Of a stretch of DNA of 64,000 nucleotides, positions 51,886 through 62,064 are shown one piece after another. A model generated the notes under the pieces. The model was not told where the DNA came from. It saw nothing but the letters and a program-made list of their open reading frames with translations, and ran no database searches. The first letter of the stretch is position 1. Each line of letters starts with the position of its first letter. Both the position numbers and the translations under genes were made by a program. Source of the stretch: an uncultured Ignavibacteriales bacterium (lineage in GTDB: Bacteria; Zixibacteria; MSB-5A5; GN15; FEB-12); the NCBI GenBank assembly GCA_964489705.1, contig CAZAZQ010000015.1, positions 3,393-67,392 of the forward strand. Reading direction: 5' to 3'.

Positions 51886-53319
51886 TTATCCTACCGAGCC
51901 TTCCATTTCAAGTTCGATTAAACGGTTCAACTCCACCGCATACTCCATGGGGAGTTCTTTCGTGAACGGTTCCATAAAACCGTTGACGATGAGCAGCCGG
52001 GCTTCATCTTCGGTCAACCCGCGGCTGGTCAGGTAGAACAGTTGTTCTTCAGCGACCTTGGATACCCGGGCTTCGTGCTCCACCCGAACTTGGTCGTTGT
52101 CGATTTCCATAGTGGGGTACGTATCGGAGCGGGCTTCCTCACCTATGAGGAGGGCGTCGCATTCCACCGAGGCTTTGGCGTTGACGGCGTTCTTGTAGAT
52201 TTTCACTAGACCCCGATACGACGCTCTGCCATTATCTTTCGAGATGGACTTGGAGGTTATGCGGGAAGAAGTGTTGGGAGCGGCATGAATCATTTTCGCT
52301 CCCGCATCCTGGTGCTGGTCGATGCCTGCAAACGCCACCGACAAAATTTCCCCCCGCGCTCCTTCTCCCACCAGTTGGATACACGGGTATTTCATCGAAA
52401 GCCGCGAGCCGATGTTGCCGTCCACCCATTCGACGGTGGCGTTCCGAAACGCCGAGGCCCGCTTGGTCACCAAGTTGAAGATATTACGCGCCCAGTTCTG
52501 AATGGTGGTATAGCGAATATACGCATCTTCAAGAGCGATGACCTCCACCACGGCGGCATGCAGCGAATCGGTCGAATAGACCGGTGCGGTGCAGCCTTCA
52601 ATATAATGAACCCGCGAGCCTTTATCGGCGATGATAAGAGTGCGTTCGAACTGCCCCATATTTTCGGCGTTGATGCGGAAGTATGCCTGCAAGGGAACCT
52701 TCACATCGATTCCCGGCGGGACGTAGATAAACGAACCGCCCGACCAAACGGCCGTGTTGAGCGCCGCAAACTTGTTGTCGGTCGCCGGTACGACGGTGCC
52801 GAAGTATTTTCGCACGATGTCAGGGTGGTCGCGCAAGGCGCTGTCCATATCGAGGAAAATGATGCCTTGCTTGGTCAGCTCTTCTTTCATGGAGTGGTAG
52901 ACCACTTCGGATTCATATTGCGCCGACACTCCGCCGAGGAATTTCTTTTCCGCTTCCGGGATGCCCAAACGGTCGAAAGTCTTTTTGATATACTCCGGGA
53001 CATCATCCCAGCTTTTGCTTTGCTCTTCGACCGGTTTCATGAAGTAGTAAATGTCCGAAAAGTCGATTTCACCGAGCAGTGCGGTGTTCCCCCATTGCGG
53101 CATCGGCTTGCTAAGGAAAATATCCAGCGCTTCATGGCGGATTTCGGTCATCCACTGGGGTTCTTTTTTCATGCGGGAAATCATCTCCACCACTTCGTGG
53201 TTGATTCCCTTTACCCCTTTGTGGAAATAGTCGACCGGGTCGCGAAAGCCATACTTAGACGTGTAGTCGGCGTTGATCGAGGCAAGGTCGCGCTCATGCT
53301 GATTGGATGATTGTGTCAT
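51886..53319 (-). CDS. sufB: Fe-S cluster assembly scaffold SufB
   Basis: 477 aa, highly conserved SufB sequence (KYGF, EPQWM...[24 protein letters not shown]). Confidence 0.95.
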   Translation of the reverse strand: MTQSSNQHERDLASINADYTSKYGFRDPVDYFHKGVKGINHEVVEMISRMKKEPQWMTEIRHEALDIFLSKPMPQWGNTALLGEIDFSDIYYFMKPVEEQSKSWDDVPEYIKKTFDRLGIPEAEKKFLGGVSAQYESEVVYHSMKEELTKQGIIFLDMDSALRDHPDIVRKYFGTVVPATDNKFAALNTAVWSGGSFIYVPPGIDVKVPLQAYFRINAENMGQFERTLIIADKGSRVHYIEGCTAPVYSTDSLHAAVVEVIALEDAYIRYTTIQNWARNIFNLVTKRASAFRNATVEWVDGNIGSRLSMKYPCIQLVGEGARGEILSVAFAGIDQHQDAGAKMIHAAPNTSSRITSKSISKDNGRASYRGLVKIYKNAVNAKASVECDALLIGEEARSDTYPTMEIDNDQVRVEHEARVSKVAEEQLFYLTSRGLTEDEARLLIVNGFMEPFTKELPMEYAVELNRLIELEMEGSVG

Positions 53320-53322
53320 ACC

Positions 53323-54093
53323 TTATACCCCTAACTGTTCCTTGACTTCCTGTTCCACCCAATCGTAGCCCTTCTCTTCCAGTTTGAGGGCTAACTCCGG
53401 TCCGCCGGACTTGACGAATTTCCCCTGCATCATCACATGCACGTATTGCGGCTTGATGTAGTTCAAAAGCCGTTGGTAGTGGGTCACCAACAGAAGGCCG
53501 TTGTTTTCGTTGTGGTAGCGGTTAATTCCCTCGGAGACGGTCTTCAAGGCGTCGATATCCAACCCGGAGTCGGTTTCGTCAAGAAGCGCCATTTTCGGTT
53601 TGAGCATGGAGAGTTGCAAAATTTCAATGCGTTTCTTTTCGCCGCCGGAGAAGCCGTCGTTGAGGTAACGGGTGGCGAAGGAACGGTCAATCGAAAGAGC
53701 ATCCATTTCCCGGAGGAAGAATTTCCGGAAATCCGACATGTCGGCATCTTTTCCGCGGTGGGCTTTCACCGCCGTGCGCAAGAAATTTGCCACCGTGACA
53801 CCGGGAATGGCGAGGGGATATTGGAAAGCCAGAAACAAACCGGCGCGCGAACGCTCGTCGGCGCTCATACCAAGCAAGTCCTGCCCGTCCAGGTATACTT
53901 CCCCTTTCGTGATGCGGTAACTGGGATGTCCCATGAGGGCGTTGGAGAGGGAGGACTTGCCGGAGCCGTTGGGTCCCATGATGGCATGAATCTCTCCGGG
54001 ATACACCGTCAGAGACACTCCTTTGACGACCTCGTTCCCTTCGACTTCCACATGTATATCTTTGAATTCAAAAAGCGGTTTTTGGTCGGTCAT
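53323..54093 (-). CDS. sufC: Fe-S cluster assembly ATPase SufC
   Basis: Walker [13 protein letters not shown] signature FSGGEKKR, Walker [12 protein letters not shown] chose ATG 54091-54093 (AAGGA 8 nt upstream) over the track's TTG at 54108. Confidence 0.95.
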   Translation of the reverse strand: MTDQKPLFEFKDIHVEVEGNEVVKGVSLTVYPGEIHAIMGPNGSGKSSLSNALMGHPSYRITKGEVYLDGQDLLGMSADERSRAGLFLAFQYPLAIPGVTVANFLRTAVKAHRGKDADMSDFRKFFLREMDALSIDRSFATRYLNDGFSGGEKKRIEILQLSMLKPKMALLDETDSGLDIDALKTVSEGINRYHNENNGLLLVTHYQRLLNYIKPQYVHVMMQGKFVKSGGPELALKLEEKGYDWVEQEVKEQLGV

Positions 54094-54097
54094 ATCT

Positions 54098-54637
54098 CTA
54101 TCCTTCAATCATGATTGTTTGCTTATCAAGTCCGTTATGGTTATCGTCTTTCGATTTGCCGGCGGACGGGACATTACCGGAGGGGATGAACGACGACGGA
54201 GAGGACGCTTTCGGCGTGGGGTTTTGTTGGTCGATAATATCCTGCAAGCTCGTCCGGGTGAGAAATTGCTCCAGGTGAGCGGCAAGAGCGTCCAGAACGT
54301 CGTGCACCGAACAGTTGTCACCGTGGACGCATCGTTCCAATTGTCCGGTAAAGTGAGCACAGTGATCCGGCTCGAGAAAAGGACCGCCCAGCACCGTCAG
54401 CACATCCAAGAGGCTGATTTCTTTCGGCGGTCGGGTAATGCAAAAGCCGCCTTTTCGTCCCCTTACCGCTTTGACCAGTCCGGCTTTCTTGAGAATTGAA
54501 AGGAGCTTGGATGTATAAGCGGTTGATAAGCCTTCCAGTTCGGCTATTTCCGGGATGGAAATATGCCCTTTTTCTCCTTGCCGGGCTATGGAAATAAGGC
54601 ATCTCAAGCCGTATTCTTCCGCCGATGAAATTCTCAT
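54098..54637 (-). CDS. Rrf2-family (IscR/SufR-like) transcriptional regulator with Cys/His cluster ligands and a long Ser/Pro-rich tail
   Basis: N-terminal wHTH (EYGLRCL..IA......SI.EIA..EGLS.AY..K.L..L.KAGLV...RG..GG) and [19 protein letters not shown]. It is the first gene of the suf operon. Confidence 0.85.
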   Translation of the reverse strand: MRISSAEEYGLRCLISIARQGEKGHISIPEIAELEGLSTAYTSKLLSILKKAGLVKAVRGRKGGFCITRPPKEISLLDVLTVLGGPFLEPDHCAHFTGQLERCVHGDNCSVHDVLDALAAHLEQFLTRTSLQDIIDQQNPTPKASSPSSFIPSGNVPSAGKSKDDNHNGLDKQTIMIEG

Positions 54638-54696
54638 TGTTCTTTCAATCTCTTTTCTATCACCGTCATTTCAATCCGTCCAGCCTAATAAATAAT

Positions 54697-54716
54697 ACTT
54701 TACTAATTTGTAAAGT
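54697..54716. promoter_or_regulatory. Perfect 7-6-7 inverted repeat, candidate Rrf2 operator in the suf promoter region
   Basis: ACTTTAC-taattt-GTAAAGT lies 60-80 bp upstream of the Rrf2 start codon (54637) in an AT-rich tract. Confidence 0.4.
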
Positions 54717-54895
54717 TTTTTGTTAAACATTTGGGAAAATAATTTGGTTCCGCAGATTTCGGTCTTTCTTTGTCCCGTATGTTAGGTTATTTCCTGATTG
54801 TTTTCGGTAGCGATGAAATTATATAACTTTGTTGTGCACTTATGGTTGCGCCAAAATGTCAGTTTCCTCGGCTTCTTGTTTACGTTCTGTCCATT

Positions 54896-54929
54896 AAAAA
54901 AGCAGGCATCGGATGATACCTGCTTTTTC
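54896..54929 (-). terminator. Rho-independent (bidirectional-looking) terminator after the cytochrome gene
   Basis: AGCAGG (54901-54906) pairs with CCTGCT (54919-54924). The stem is flanked by A5 on the left and T5 on the right. It lies about 30 nt downstream of the minus-strand stop at 54958. Confidence 0.65.
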
Positions 54930-54957
54930 CGAGAACCGTATGGGTACGTCTTTCCGT

Positions 54958-56841
54958 TTACAATTCTCTCTCTTCCTGTAAGGCTTGGGCATCTTCGTCG
55001 GAATAGCCAAGCGCTTTGAAGTCCAGTACGCCGTTGGGAGAGTGGCAGGAATTACAGTTGAGCGCTCCTTCGCGGCGAATGGCATGGCTGATTTCCATGA
55101 GCGCATCTTGGGGAATCCAGCGCGGTTCGACCTTTTTCAATTGGCTGGCGTCTTCGTACGCCTTGGTGTTCCACCCGTCGATGTCCATGAACGACATAAA
55201 CTTGTCCATCATGTAGACTTTGAACATCCAGCCGTACATCCGCTTCATCATGCTGTGCTCCATTTCCTTAGCAGCGGCTTTGTCGGGATCGCCGGTGGTG
55301 TAGTAGGTTGGGAGGTTGTACGGCAGGTACATGCCGCCGAACGGTCCGATATTCTGCAAGTCGATGTGCTGCTTCCCGTTGAACAACTTCATGGCATACA
55401 GCTTCGAGGGGCGTCCTTTCTTGGCGATAGGGCGCATGACCTTCTCGTACCACTCCTTGTAGTCGAAGTCCTTGAACTCAGGCCAGACGTGGGTGGGATT
55501 ATAAAAAGTATATAGGTCTTCGCCGTTGGGGTTGTCTCCGATGGGATTTCCCAAGAAGGTCCCATCACCGTTCCACCAAGCATAGACGATGCCTTTGCCG
55601 GGTTCGGTTTCTTTCAGGCTGTCGGAATAGACCCAAATACCGTGGTCTTCTTCGTACACCGGCTTGGAAAAGTCGCGGTAGGTGGCATTGTCGGGATGCA
55701 AGCTGGTAATGTGGCAGGTCACGCAGGCGATGGTTTCGACGTGGGCGTTGAGGTAGTCGTCGATTTCTTCGTTTTCGTCGTGCGGCTCGGCGCCGTGACA
55801 GTTTTCACACGACACCTCGACATCCGGCAGGTCATTCGACATCATAGTGGTCGTATGCGTCCCTTTGGCGATATAGTGCCCTTCCGTGGTATGGCAGTCG
55901 ATGCAGTCCAGCCCGGCGGCGGCATGGACATCCCATGAAGGCGTGAAAGGCGTCCCTCGCTTGGAACCGGGATGTTTCACCCGCGGTCGGGTGTAACCGG
56001 CGTGAACCAGACTTTCATGGTACGACATATCGGTGGAATCGATGTAAATATCCCCGCCCATATTGTGTTGGTGACACCGCAAGCAGGATTGCGCCCGCGG
56101 CTTGGTGACCGACATCGCTGCCATCATGGAGCGGTCTTGCTCCCAGCGGGCTCTGCCGTTGTCGTCGATAGTGACTTGTTTTTTGTTCATATCGTACGCC
56201 ACAGCGTGGCAGATAAGGCAGTCGATGGCGTCTTTTTCTTTATCTAAGGTTCGATAGCCGGGCATGATTTCTCCCATGGGGGCGGCGTACTGACCGCCGA
56301 TATGACATTGCCCGCACCCTTCCGAGAGGGTGTCGCCGTTTTCCAAGACAATCTGAGCCGCCCATGCCGTCATGGCAAAGGAACCCGGCTTGGGGCAGGG
56401 ACGGTTGATTTTTCCCATTGGGAAGTTGTCCGCCAGTTCACCGTTGAAGCCCCACACATTGGGATGCTTCTCGGTAAAGAAGCGGTAATGGGAGGACGTC
56501 GTCAGATTTTCCATCAGGTCGACTTTCTTCTTGGCGCCGGTGGCATGGTCTTCGACCTCGATTTCCTTATGACAGGTCAGGCATGTCTTCGGTCCTTCGT
56601 ATGCTAAAATCCCAGAGTCCCGCCAGATGTCGATATGTTTGAAGTCCACGTCGGCGTATTGCTGTTGCAATTCGACGGCGATGGTTTCAAACTGTTCCGG
56701 CGTCACTTTCTCCACGGGAAAGGCGATGTCTCCCGGGCGAACGTCCGCCGGCAGCATTCCGTTGATCAGCTTCGGCCAAGCCCCGTATACAGCCACCGCA
56801 AGAATCACCAGAATAGCCAAGATCTTGATGAGTTTTTTCAT
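54958..56841 (-). CDS. Membrane-anchored/exported octahaem cytochrome c
   Basis: N-terminal signal anchor KILAILVILAVAVYGAW and eight CxxCH motifs (CLTCH, CGQCH, CLICH, CLRCH, CIDCH, CENCH, CVTCH, CNSCH). AGGAGAG RBS upstream. Confidence 0.85.
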   Translation of the reverse strand: MKKLIKILAILVILAVAVYGAWPKLINGMLPADVRPGDIAFPVEKVTPEQFETIAVELQQQYADVDFKHIDIWRDSGILAYEGPKTCLTCHKEIEVEDHATGAKKKVDLMENLTTSSHYRFFTEKHPNVWGFNGELADNFPMGKINRPCPKPGSFAMTAWAAQIVLENGDTLSEGCGQCHIGGQYAAPMGEIMPGYRTLDKEKDAIDCLICHAVAYDMNKKQVTIDDNGRARWEQDRSMMAAMSVTKPRAQSCLRCHQHNMGGDIYIDSTDMSYHESLVHAGYTRPRVKHPGSKRGTPFTPSWDVHAAAGLDCIDCHTTEGHYIAKGTHTTTMMSNDLPDVEVSCENCHGAEPHDENEEIDDYLNAHVETIACVTCHITSLHPDNATYRDFSKPVYEEDHGIWVYSDSLKETEPGKGIVYAWWNGDGTFLGNPIGDNPNGEDLYTFYNPTHVWPEFKDFDYKEWYEKVMRPIAKKGRPSKLYAMKLFNGKQHIDLQNIGPFGGMYLPYNLPTYYTTGDPDKAAAKEMEHSMMKRMYGWMFKVYMMDKFMSFMDIDGWNTKAYEDASQLKKVEPRWIPQDALMEISHAIRREGALNCNSCHSPNGVLDFKALGYSDEDAQALQEEREL

Positions 56842-57039
56842 TCAAACAGCTCTCCTACAATCATGCTTACATCAGTACACTTAACCATATGGATACTTTT
56901 TATAGAAAACAAGGAGAGGAGGGAAAAGTTCACCTCTTTTTTCAAAGTAAGTATAAAGCCGACAAGAGATTATATGCTGTCGAGCAAGGGACGCTAAAGC
57001 GAGGGAAAAGAGCCGTTGCCAGAACTAATGCCGGGAGTT

Positions 57040-57321
57040 TTACAGCACAAATTCTTCTTTGCCTTCTTGGAGACGAACGAGCTTGAAAAATTCGCACTCA
57101 TCGCAACTGCCGATGATTTTGAGATAGTCGCAATCAGGCTCACCGTTGGTGTCGGCGTAGGTGCCGGCAACTGCCCAGCACATCCGTCCGGCATTTTCTC
57201 CATGGTTGAAGCCGTCTAACGTTTTTTCCAGAGCGGCGCTGCATTCCCCCAAGGAGCTTGCGTTTTCTCCCCCTGGCTCTCTACCGCAGTTGAAAAATTC
57301 CCAGCAATTCTTTGAAGCCAT
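57040..57321 (-). CDS. Stand-alone two-CW-domain Cys-rich protein (93 aa)
   Basis: NCWEFFNCGREPGG ... NAGRMCWAVAGT ... CDECEFF matches the two-CW domain signature (NCWE..CGRE and GR.CW..AGT) as I recall it. GAGAGGGA RBS upstream. Confidence 0.65.
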   Translation of the reverse strand: MASKNCWEFFNCGREPGGENASSLGECSAALEKTLDGFNHGENAGRMCWAVAGTYADTNGEPDCDYLKIIGSCDECEFFKLVRLQEGKEEFVL

Positions 57322-57497
57322 TGAGTGTCCCTCTCATTCGTCATATTTATCCGGCTTACGTAGTTTATCGGAGAGGTAGGAGAGTTTATTATCCTTTACG
57401 AGGAAATACCGTAAAGTTCGGACAGATTCTGTCATACTTCAAAGGGAATAGGATGTTTCAGCCCTACTTAGTTTCCAGTGTGAGTTGAAAGGAAATC

Positions 57498-57525
57498 CGC
57501 CGTCGGGAATCTTTTCCCGACGGCG
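57498..57525 (-). terminator. 12-bp perfect hairpin, possible terminator of the BNR/sortilin-like gene
   Basis: cgccgtcgggaa-tctt-ttcccgacggcg. On the minus strand it is followed by AUUUCCUUUC, which is only moderately U-rich. It lies 105 nt after the stop. Confidence 0.4.
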
Positions 57526-57629
57526 TTGAAATTCATACTGACTCGTAGGGGTGGCTCGGACGTTTGTTTCGTTTTTTTCCCGCGGGATGTGATGAAATTT
57601 CACACCCCGCGGAATTGGGTGCCGGTTGT

Positions 57630-60600
57630 TTATTGTTCGCGCTTGTCAAACTCTTCTCTGGTCAAGAGCGTCAAGGGCGCGAGCTTCGCTTTGGAGAGTT
57701 TCTTGTTTAATTTGTTCAATTCTTTTTCGGTAAGAGCGGTAAAGCGGTCTTGGGCTTTTTCAATTTCCCGCTCGAGTACGGTCATCCGTTTTAACTGGGA
57801 TTGTGTCGGCTTCCCTCCGTACGTGATGACGGCACCGTATAACTCAACCACTTTTTCTCGGAGCTTCTTTTCTCCCGAAAGGATGGTTTTCATCATCCCT
57901 TGTTTCTTTGTAATGGCTATGGTCGCGTACAAAGAATCCAATTTGTCGGCAAAAGTTGTCAGCTCTTTTTTCAGCTTGGAGCTTTTTTTGATTTCGTCTT
58001 TGCGTTGAAGGGCTTGGTCTTTCATGTCGGATATGACAGCCGCAACGTACGCCAATTCCTCTTGCATGTCATAAAGTTTCATGACCACTTCCCGACGAAA
58101 GGCGCGCTCTTCCGCCGTGTAGGGGAGAGACGGGTCGGGGATAAGCTCCAGGGTTGAGGTAACGGTATCTTCGTTTTTGATAAGGTACACGGAGTATGTC
58201 CCTTCCGGCGCCGCCGGACCGAACAGAGCATACGGCGCCAAGGCAGTGGATTTGGCGACTTTGGGCGGTTTCATCCGCATATGCCATGCCACTCGGTTAA
58301 TGCCCCGACGTTTCCCGGCAGGAAGAGTTTTCATAAGGGTACCGTCGGCATTGCGGATTTCTATGTTGAAACTACCCATCATGTGGCGTTTTTTGAGATA
58401 GTAGGTTATTTGAGCGGCGTCATCTGGGTTTTCTCCGTCAAATTCATCGTCACCGGGAAATTCCTGATGGAATATCGGCATAGTGATGGTGGTGGGGGCA
58501 GAAGGGAAAATGAAAAGGTCGGATGCCAGCACTTCGGGAGTGATATGCCGCAGCGGGGTGATGTCGTCGATGATGTAAATGCCTCGCCCGTGAGTGGCTA
58601 ACACCAGATCGGATTCTTCCGCTTGAAGAGCGATGTCCCGTACCGAGACGTTGGGAAGATTTTCTTTGAATTGCGCCCAGTGTTTGCCGCCGTCAAGACT
58701 GATAAAAAGACCAAACTCCGTCCCGACGAACAACAGGTTGGGGTTGACAAGGTCTTCTCGGATAACATAGGCGTACCCGCGAACGGAATCGGTTGCCAGC
58801 GGTTCCCATGTTTTGCCGAGATCGGTGGTGCGATAGATATATGTTTTCATGTCGCCGGTACGATGCCCGTCGAACGTGGCATAGGCGGTGGTGCGGGAGT
58901 GACGGCTGGCTTCGATACAACTGCACCAGGTACATGGGGGCAGCCCTTTGATATGTTTGACGACATTCTCCCAGCTCTTTCCGCCATCCGTAGTGATTTG
59001 AACATTGCCGTCGTCGGTTCCGACCCAGATGATATTCGAATCGAGCGGGGACTCGGAAATAGTATAGATGGTGCAATGATTTTCAGCGGTGGAGTTGTCG
59101 ATAGTCAGTCCGCCCGACTCTTTCTGCCGTTGCTTTTCCGGGTCGTCGGTCGTCAAATCGCCGGAGAGTTTCTGCCATGATTCGCCTTGGTCAGTGCTTT
59201 GAAAAAGGAACTGCGCCCCCAAATAGAGTTTTTTCGGATTGTTGGGACTGAGGACAATGGGAGTGTTCCAATTGAAGCGGTATTCCGGCTCGTCTTCGTC
59301 GGGGAAGGGGGTGATATCCTTGGTTTCGTGGGTGGTGCGATGGTAACGACGGACGTTGCCTCCTTGGTAGTCGTAGTACAGGATGTCGTTATCCAGCGGA
59401 TCAACCAGCACGTAAATTCCGTCGCCGGCACCGATGTTTTCCCAATCCTTGTTTCCAATGCCGTTGGGGCTTTCGGAAGGACCCATCCACGAGCCGTTGT
59501 CTTGCAGTCCCCCATAGACATAATACGGCTTTTGCGTGTCGCAACTGACGTGGTAGAACTGTGAAACGGGGAGGTTGTTGAGAAACCGCCAACTGTTGCC
59601 GTAGTTGAACGATTCGTAAATTCCGCCGTCAGTCCCCACCAGCATATGAGAGGGAGCATTCGGATCAATCCAGAGAGCGTGCAGGTCGGGGTGAACCCCG
59701 CCGGAAAACGAGGTGCCGAAAGTTTTGCCTCCGTCTTTACTGTAGTTGAGAACCGTCCCTGGCTTGTAGACGCGCTTGTAATCCTTCGGATCGACCACCA
59801 AGAGGCTGAAGTAAAAGGGGCGAATTTGAAGCAGCTCCATATCGTTCATCTTGATGAAGGTTTCACCCAAGTCGTCGGAACGGTAGAGAGCCGTTTCTTT
59901 CGACTCAACAAACGCATAAACGATATTCGGGCGAGACGGTGCCACTGCAACGGCGATTCGTCCCAACTCTCCTTCCGGCAAACCGTTTTCGAGCCGTTTC
60001 CATGTTTTTCCGCCGTCGGTGCTTTTGTAGAGCCCGCTGCCGGGACCGCCCGACGTAAAATGGTAGGGCAAGCGCCGGAATTGCCACATAGCGGCGTACA
60101 CGATGTCGGGTTCTTGGGGGTCGATAGCGAGGTCGGCGCAGCCGGTGTTTTCATCAACATAGAGAATCCGTTCCCATGTTTTCCCGCCGTCGGTGGTTTT
60201 GTACAAACCTCGTTCTTTGTTGGCGTTCCAAAGGTGTCCCAGGACGGCAACGTAGACGGTGTTTGAATTTCTCGGGTCGATAACGATTTTCCCGATATGC
60301 TCGGAATCTTTCAGCCCCATACACGTCCAGCTCTCGCCGCCGTCGGTGGTTTTGTAAATGCCCGTACCGACCGAGACGCTGTTTCGCACCCACGGCTCGC
60401 CGGTGCCGATCCAGACGGTGTCGGGATGTTTTTGGTCGATGGCGATGGCACCGATGGATTGGGTATACTTGTCGAAAATCGGCGTGAACGTAACTCCTCC
60501 GTTCAGGGACTTCCACACGCCGCCGCTGGCGGCGCCGACATAAATAATGCGGGGATCATCGTTGACTACATCGAGAGCGGCGATTCGTCCTCCCATGACG

Positions 60601-60752
60601 GCAGGACCGATGGAGCGTGCCCGCAGACCGCCGAACAAATATGAGCCTATCTCCATCGAGCTGTCGGTCGTCTCGTTCGCCCAGCCGAAGGGTGAAGACA
60701 GAAAAACACTTACGAATATGCCGATGATGATTCGTTGCCACACATGCTTCAT
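57630..60752 (-). CDS. Secreted BNR/Asp-box repeat, sortilin/VPS10-like beta-propeller protein with a C-terminal coiled-coil region
   Basis: Signal peptide, then at least eight Asp-box motifs (TTDGGESW, TTDGGKTW, STDGGKTW, SKDGGKTF, STDQGESW, TTDGGKSW, TTDLGKTW, SLDGGKHW). I chose ATG 60750-60752 because GGAGG lies 5 nt upstream. Confidence 0.8.
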   Translation of the reverse strand: MKHVWQRIIIGIFVSVFLSSPFGWANETTDSSMEIGSYLFGGLRARSIGPAVMGGRIAALDVVNDDPRIIYVGAASGGVWKSLNGGVTFTPIFDKYTQSIGAIAIDQKHPDTVWIGTGEPWVRNSVSVGTGIYKTTDGGESWTCMGLKDSEHIGKIVIDPRNSNTVYVAVLGHLWNANKERGLYKTTDGGKTWERILYVDENTGCADLAIDPQEPDIVYAAMWQFRRLPYHFTSGGPGSGLYKSTDGGKTWKRLENGLPEGELGRIAVAVAPSRPNIVYAFVESKETALYRSDDLGETFIKMNDMELLQIRPFYFSLLVVDPKDYKRVYKPGTVLNYSKDGGKTFGTSFSGGVHPDLHALWIDPNAPSHMLVGTDGGIYESFNYGNSWRFLNNLPVSQFYHVSCDTQKPYYVYGGLQDNGSWMGPSESPNGIGNKDWENIGAGDGIYVLVDPLDNDILYYDYQGGNVRRYHRTTHETKDITPFPDEDEPEYRFNWNTPIVLSPNNPKKLYLGAQFLFQSTDQGESWQKLSGDLTTDDPEKQRQKESGGLTIDNSTAENHCTIYTISESPLDSNIIWVGTDDGNVQITTDGGKSWENVVKHIKGLPPCTWCSCIEASRHSRTTAYATFDGHRTGDMKTYIYRTTDLGKTWEPLATDSVRGYAYVIREDLVNPNLLFVGTEFGLFISLDGGKHWAQFKENLPNVSVRDIALQAEESDLVLATHGRGIYIIDDITPLRHITPEVLASDLFIFPSAPTTITMPIFHQEFPGDDEFDGENPDDAAQITYYLKKRHMMGSFNIEIRNADGTLMKTLPAGKRRGINRVAWHMRMKPPKVAKSTALAPYALFGPAAPEGTYSVYLIKNEDTVTSTLELIPDPSLPYTAEERAFRREVVMKLYDMQEELAYVAAVISDMKDQALQRKDEIKKSSKLKKELTTFADKLDSLYATIAITKKQGMMKTILSGEKKLREKVVELYGAVITYGGKPTQSQLKRMTVLEREIEKAQDRFTALTEKELNKLNKKLSKAKLAPLTLLTREEFDKREQ

Positions 60753-60888
60753 AGTAACCTCCATATTAACCTCACAGTGTGCAAGTACGTAAAAGTATGG
60801 TGTAAGTTGCCCGGAAGGAAGGGAAACCGAAAAGAAAGTCGCGGTAAAAGAAGAGTTTTTAAGACAAAATAGCAGGCGTCATCCAGCA

Positions 60889-60922
60889 ATAAAAAAGTCA
60901 CGTTGCGAATGGCAGCGTGACT
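60889..60922 (-). terminator. Rho-independent terminator after the LolA-like gene
   Basis: AGTCACG (60896-60902) pairs with CGTGACT (60916-60922). On the minus strand the hairpin is followed by TTTTTTATT. It lies about 30 nt after the stop. Confidence 0.7.
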
Positions 60923-60952
60923 TAAAAACGGAAATCGCTTCCGTCTTGGGCG

Positions 60953-61705
60953 TTATCCTTCCGGCATCTTGAAAAGGGAGTCGGCGACATCTACGTTGAG
61001 CTCGATTTTGTCGATGACCTGTTGAGTGATGGTCTGCCCGCCGCTTTTGATTTCGATGGAGTGCGGGAGAATCAAGCCGTCCACCTTGCGATAGTCGCTC
61101 GGATAAATATCGACTTCAAATGCGTTGCCTTCCATTTCGCCGGTGATGGTCATTTTCATTTCCAGAAATGTGTCCGCATCGACGTAAATATGGGTCGTGA
61201 AATCACCATACAACGCTTTGACGGAATCGTTCTTGGGGGCGAGTTTGAGGTGGTAGACGCTGGTTCCTTCCACTTCTTCTTTCCCTACCAACTCCGCTTT
61301 GAATCCCATCTCCTTGTAGTCGACCAAGGGACCGTTGAAATTTGCTTGGTTCCTGAAGGTGGTGGCTTGAATGGGAGACATCACTTCCGCTTTACCGCCG
61401 CTTTGGGGGCTGATTTGCCAGGCGGTTTTGCCGTCGAAGGCTTGAACCACTTGAATACCCTGCACGGACACATCCACCCGAAAGAGATTCGGCGGTTTTT
61501 GCTGAACCGTGAAAGGGAACTCCATGCCTTGCATGAGAGTTCTGCCGATCATCTTTTTAGATTTGACGGCTGCCAGCTTTTCCTTTCCTCCGATTGCCTC
61601 AATACTTTTGGCGATGACTTCGTCGGCGGTCATTGCCGAAGCGGGAACACTCCCCATTACAAGCATGAGGGCACAGGAGAGGACTGCCAAACTGATTCTT
61701 TTCAT
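60953..61705 (-). CDS. Exported LolA-fold / outer-membrane lipoprotein-sorting-like protein
   Basis: Signal peptide LAVLSCALMLVMGSVPASA. The N-terminal AIGGKEKL....S....G.......G.E.PF..........R.D..........AFDG..AW pattern is typical of this family. GGAGG RBS upstream. Confidence 0.6.
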   Translation of the reverse strand: MKRISLAVLSCALMLVMGSVPASAMTADEVIAKSIEAIGGKEKLAAVKSKKMIGRTLMQGMEFPFTVQQKPPNLFRVDVSVQGIQVVQAFDGKTAWQISPQSGGKAEVMSPIQATTFRNQANFNGPLVDYKEMGFKAELVGKEEVEGTSVYHLKLAPKNDSVKALYGDFTTHIYVDADTFLEMKMTITGEMEGNAFEVDIYPSDYRKVDGLILPHSIEIKSGGQTITQQVIDKIELNVDVADSLFKMPEG

Positions 61706-61976
61706 TATTCCTCCGTTATGGTGAAATGATACATAAATAACCGAGAGTTCATGATGATATGGTATGACTACCTTCTCTGAAATCTCTATTTTGACTTTTC
61801 ATTATCCTTATCATTGACAACCTGTGGAAATTCTTCCCATAAATCAAGCTTTATCTTGTCTTTTTGCACCGGGGACGCTTGAGCGGTTCAACAGCATCTT
61901 CGGGCGCATGTTATATATACCGGGTCGAAGGGAAATTGTTTCACAAGATTGCGAAAGCGATGGGCTGAATTTTTCG

Positions 61977-62015
61977 CAAAAATAAGGCACGCCATATTCT
62001 TCGCTATGGCGTGCC
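61977..62015 (-). terminator. Strong rho-independent terminator closing the redoxin/Cys-rich-peptide operon
   Basis: GGCACGCCATA (61986-61996) pairs with TATGGCGTGCC (62005-62015) as an 11-bp perfect stem. On the minus strand it is followed by UUAUUUUUUG. It lies 50 nt after the peptide stop. Confidence 0.8.
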
Positions 62016-62064
62016 GATGAAATTTGCCTGATGAGGTTGCTCGGTGGTGTTTTTTTCTTTCCGG

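Noticed and set aside
57580-57612. 12-bp (one mismatch) hairpin ccgcgggatgtga/tcacaccccgcgg 18 nt downstream of the BNR gene stop
   Set aside because: On the transcribed (minus) strand it is followed by an A-run, not a U-run, so it is not a canonical terminator. I called the 57498-57525 hairpin instead, with low confidence.
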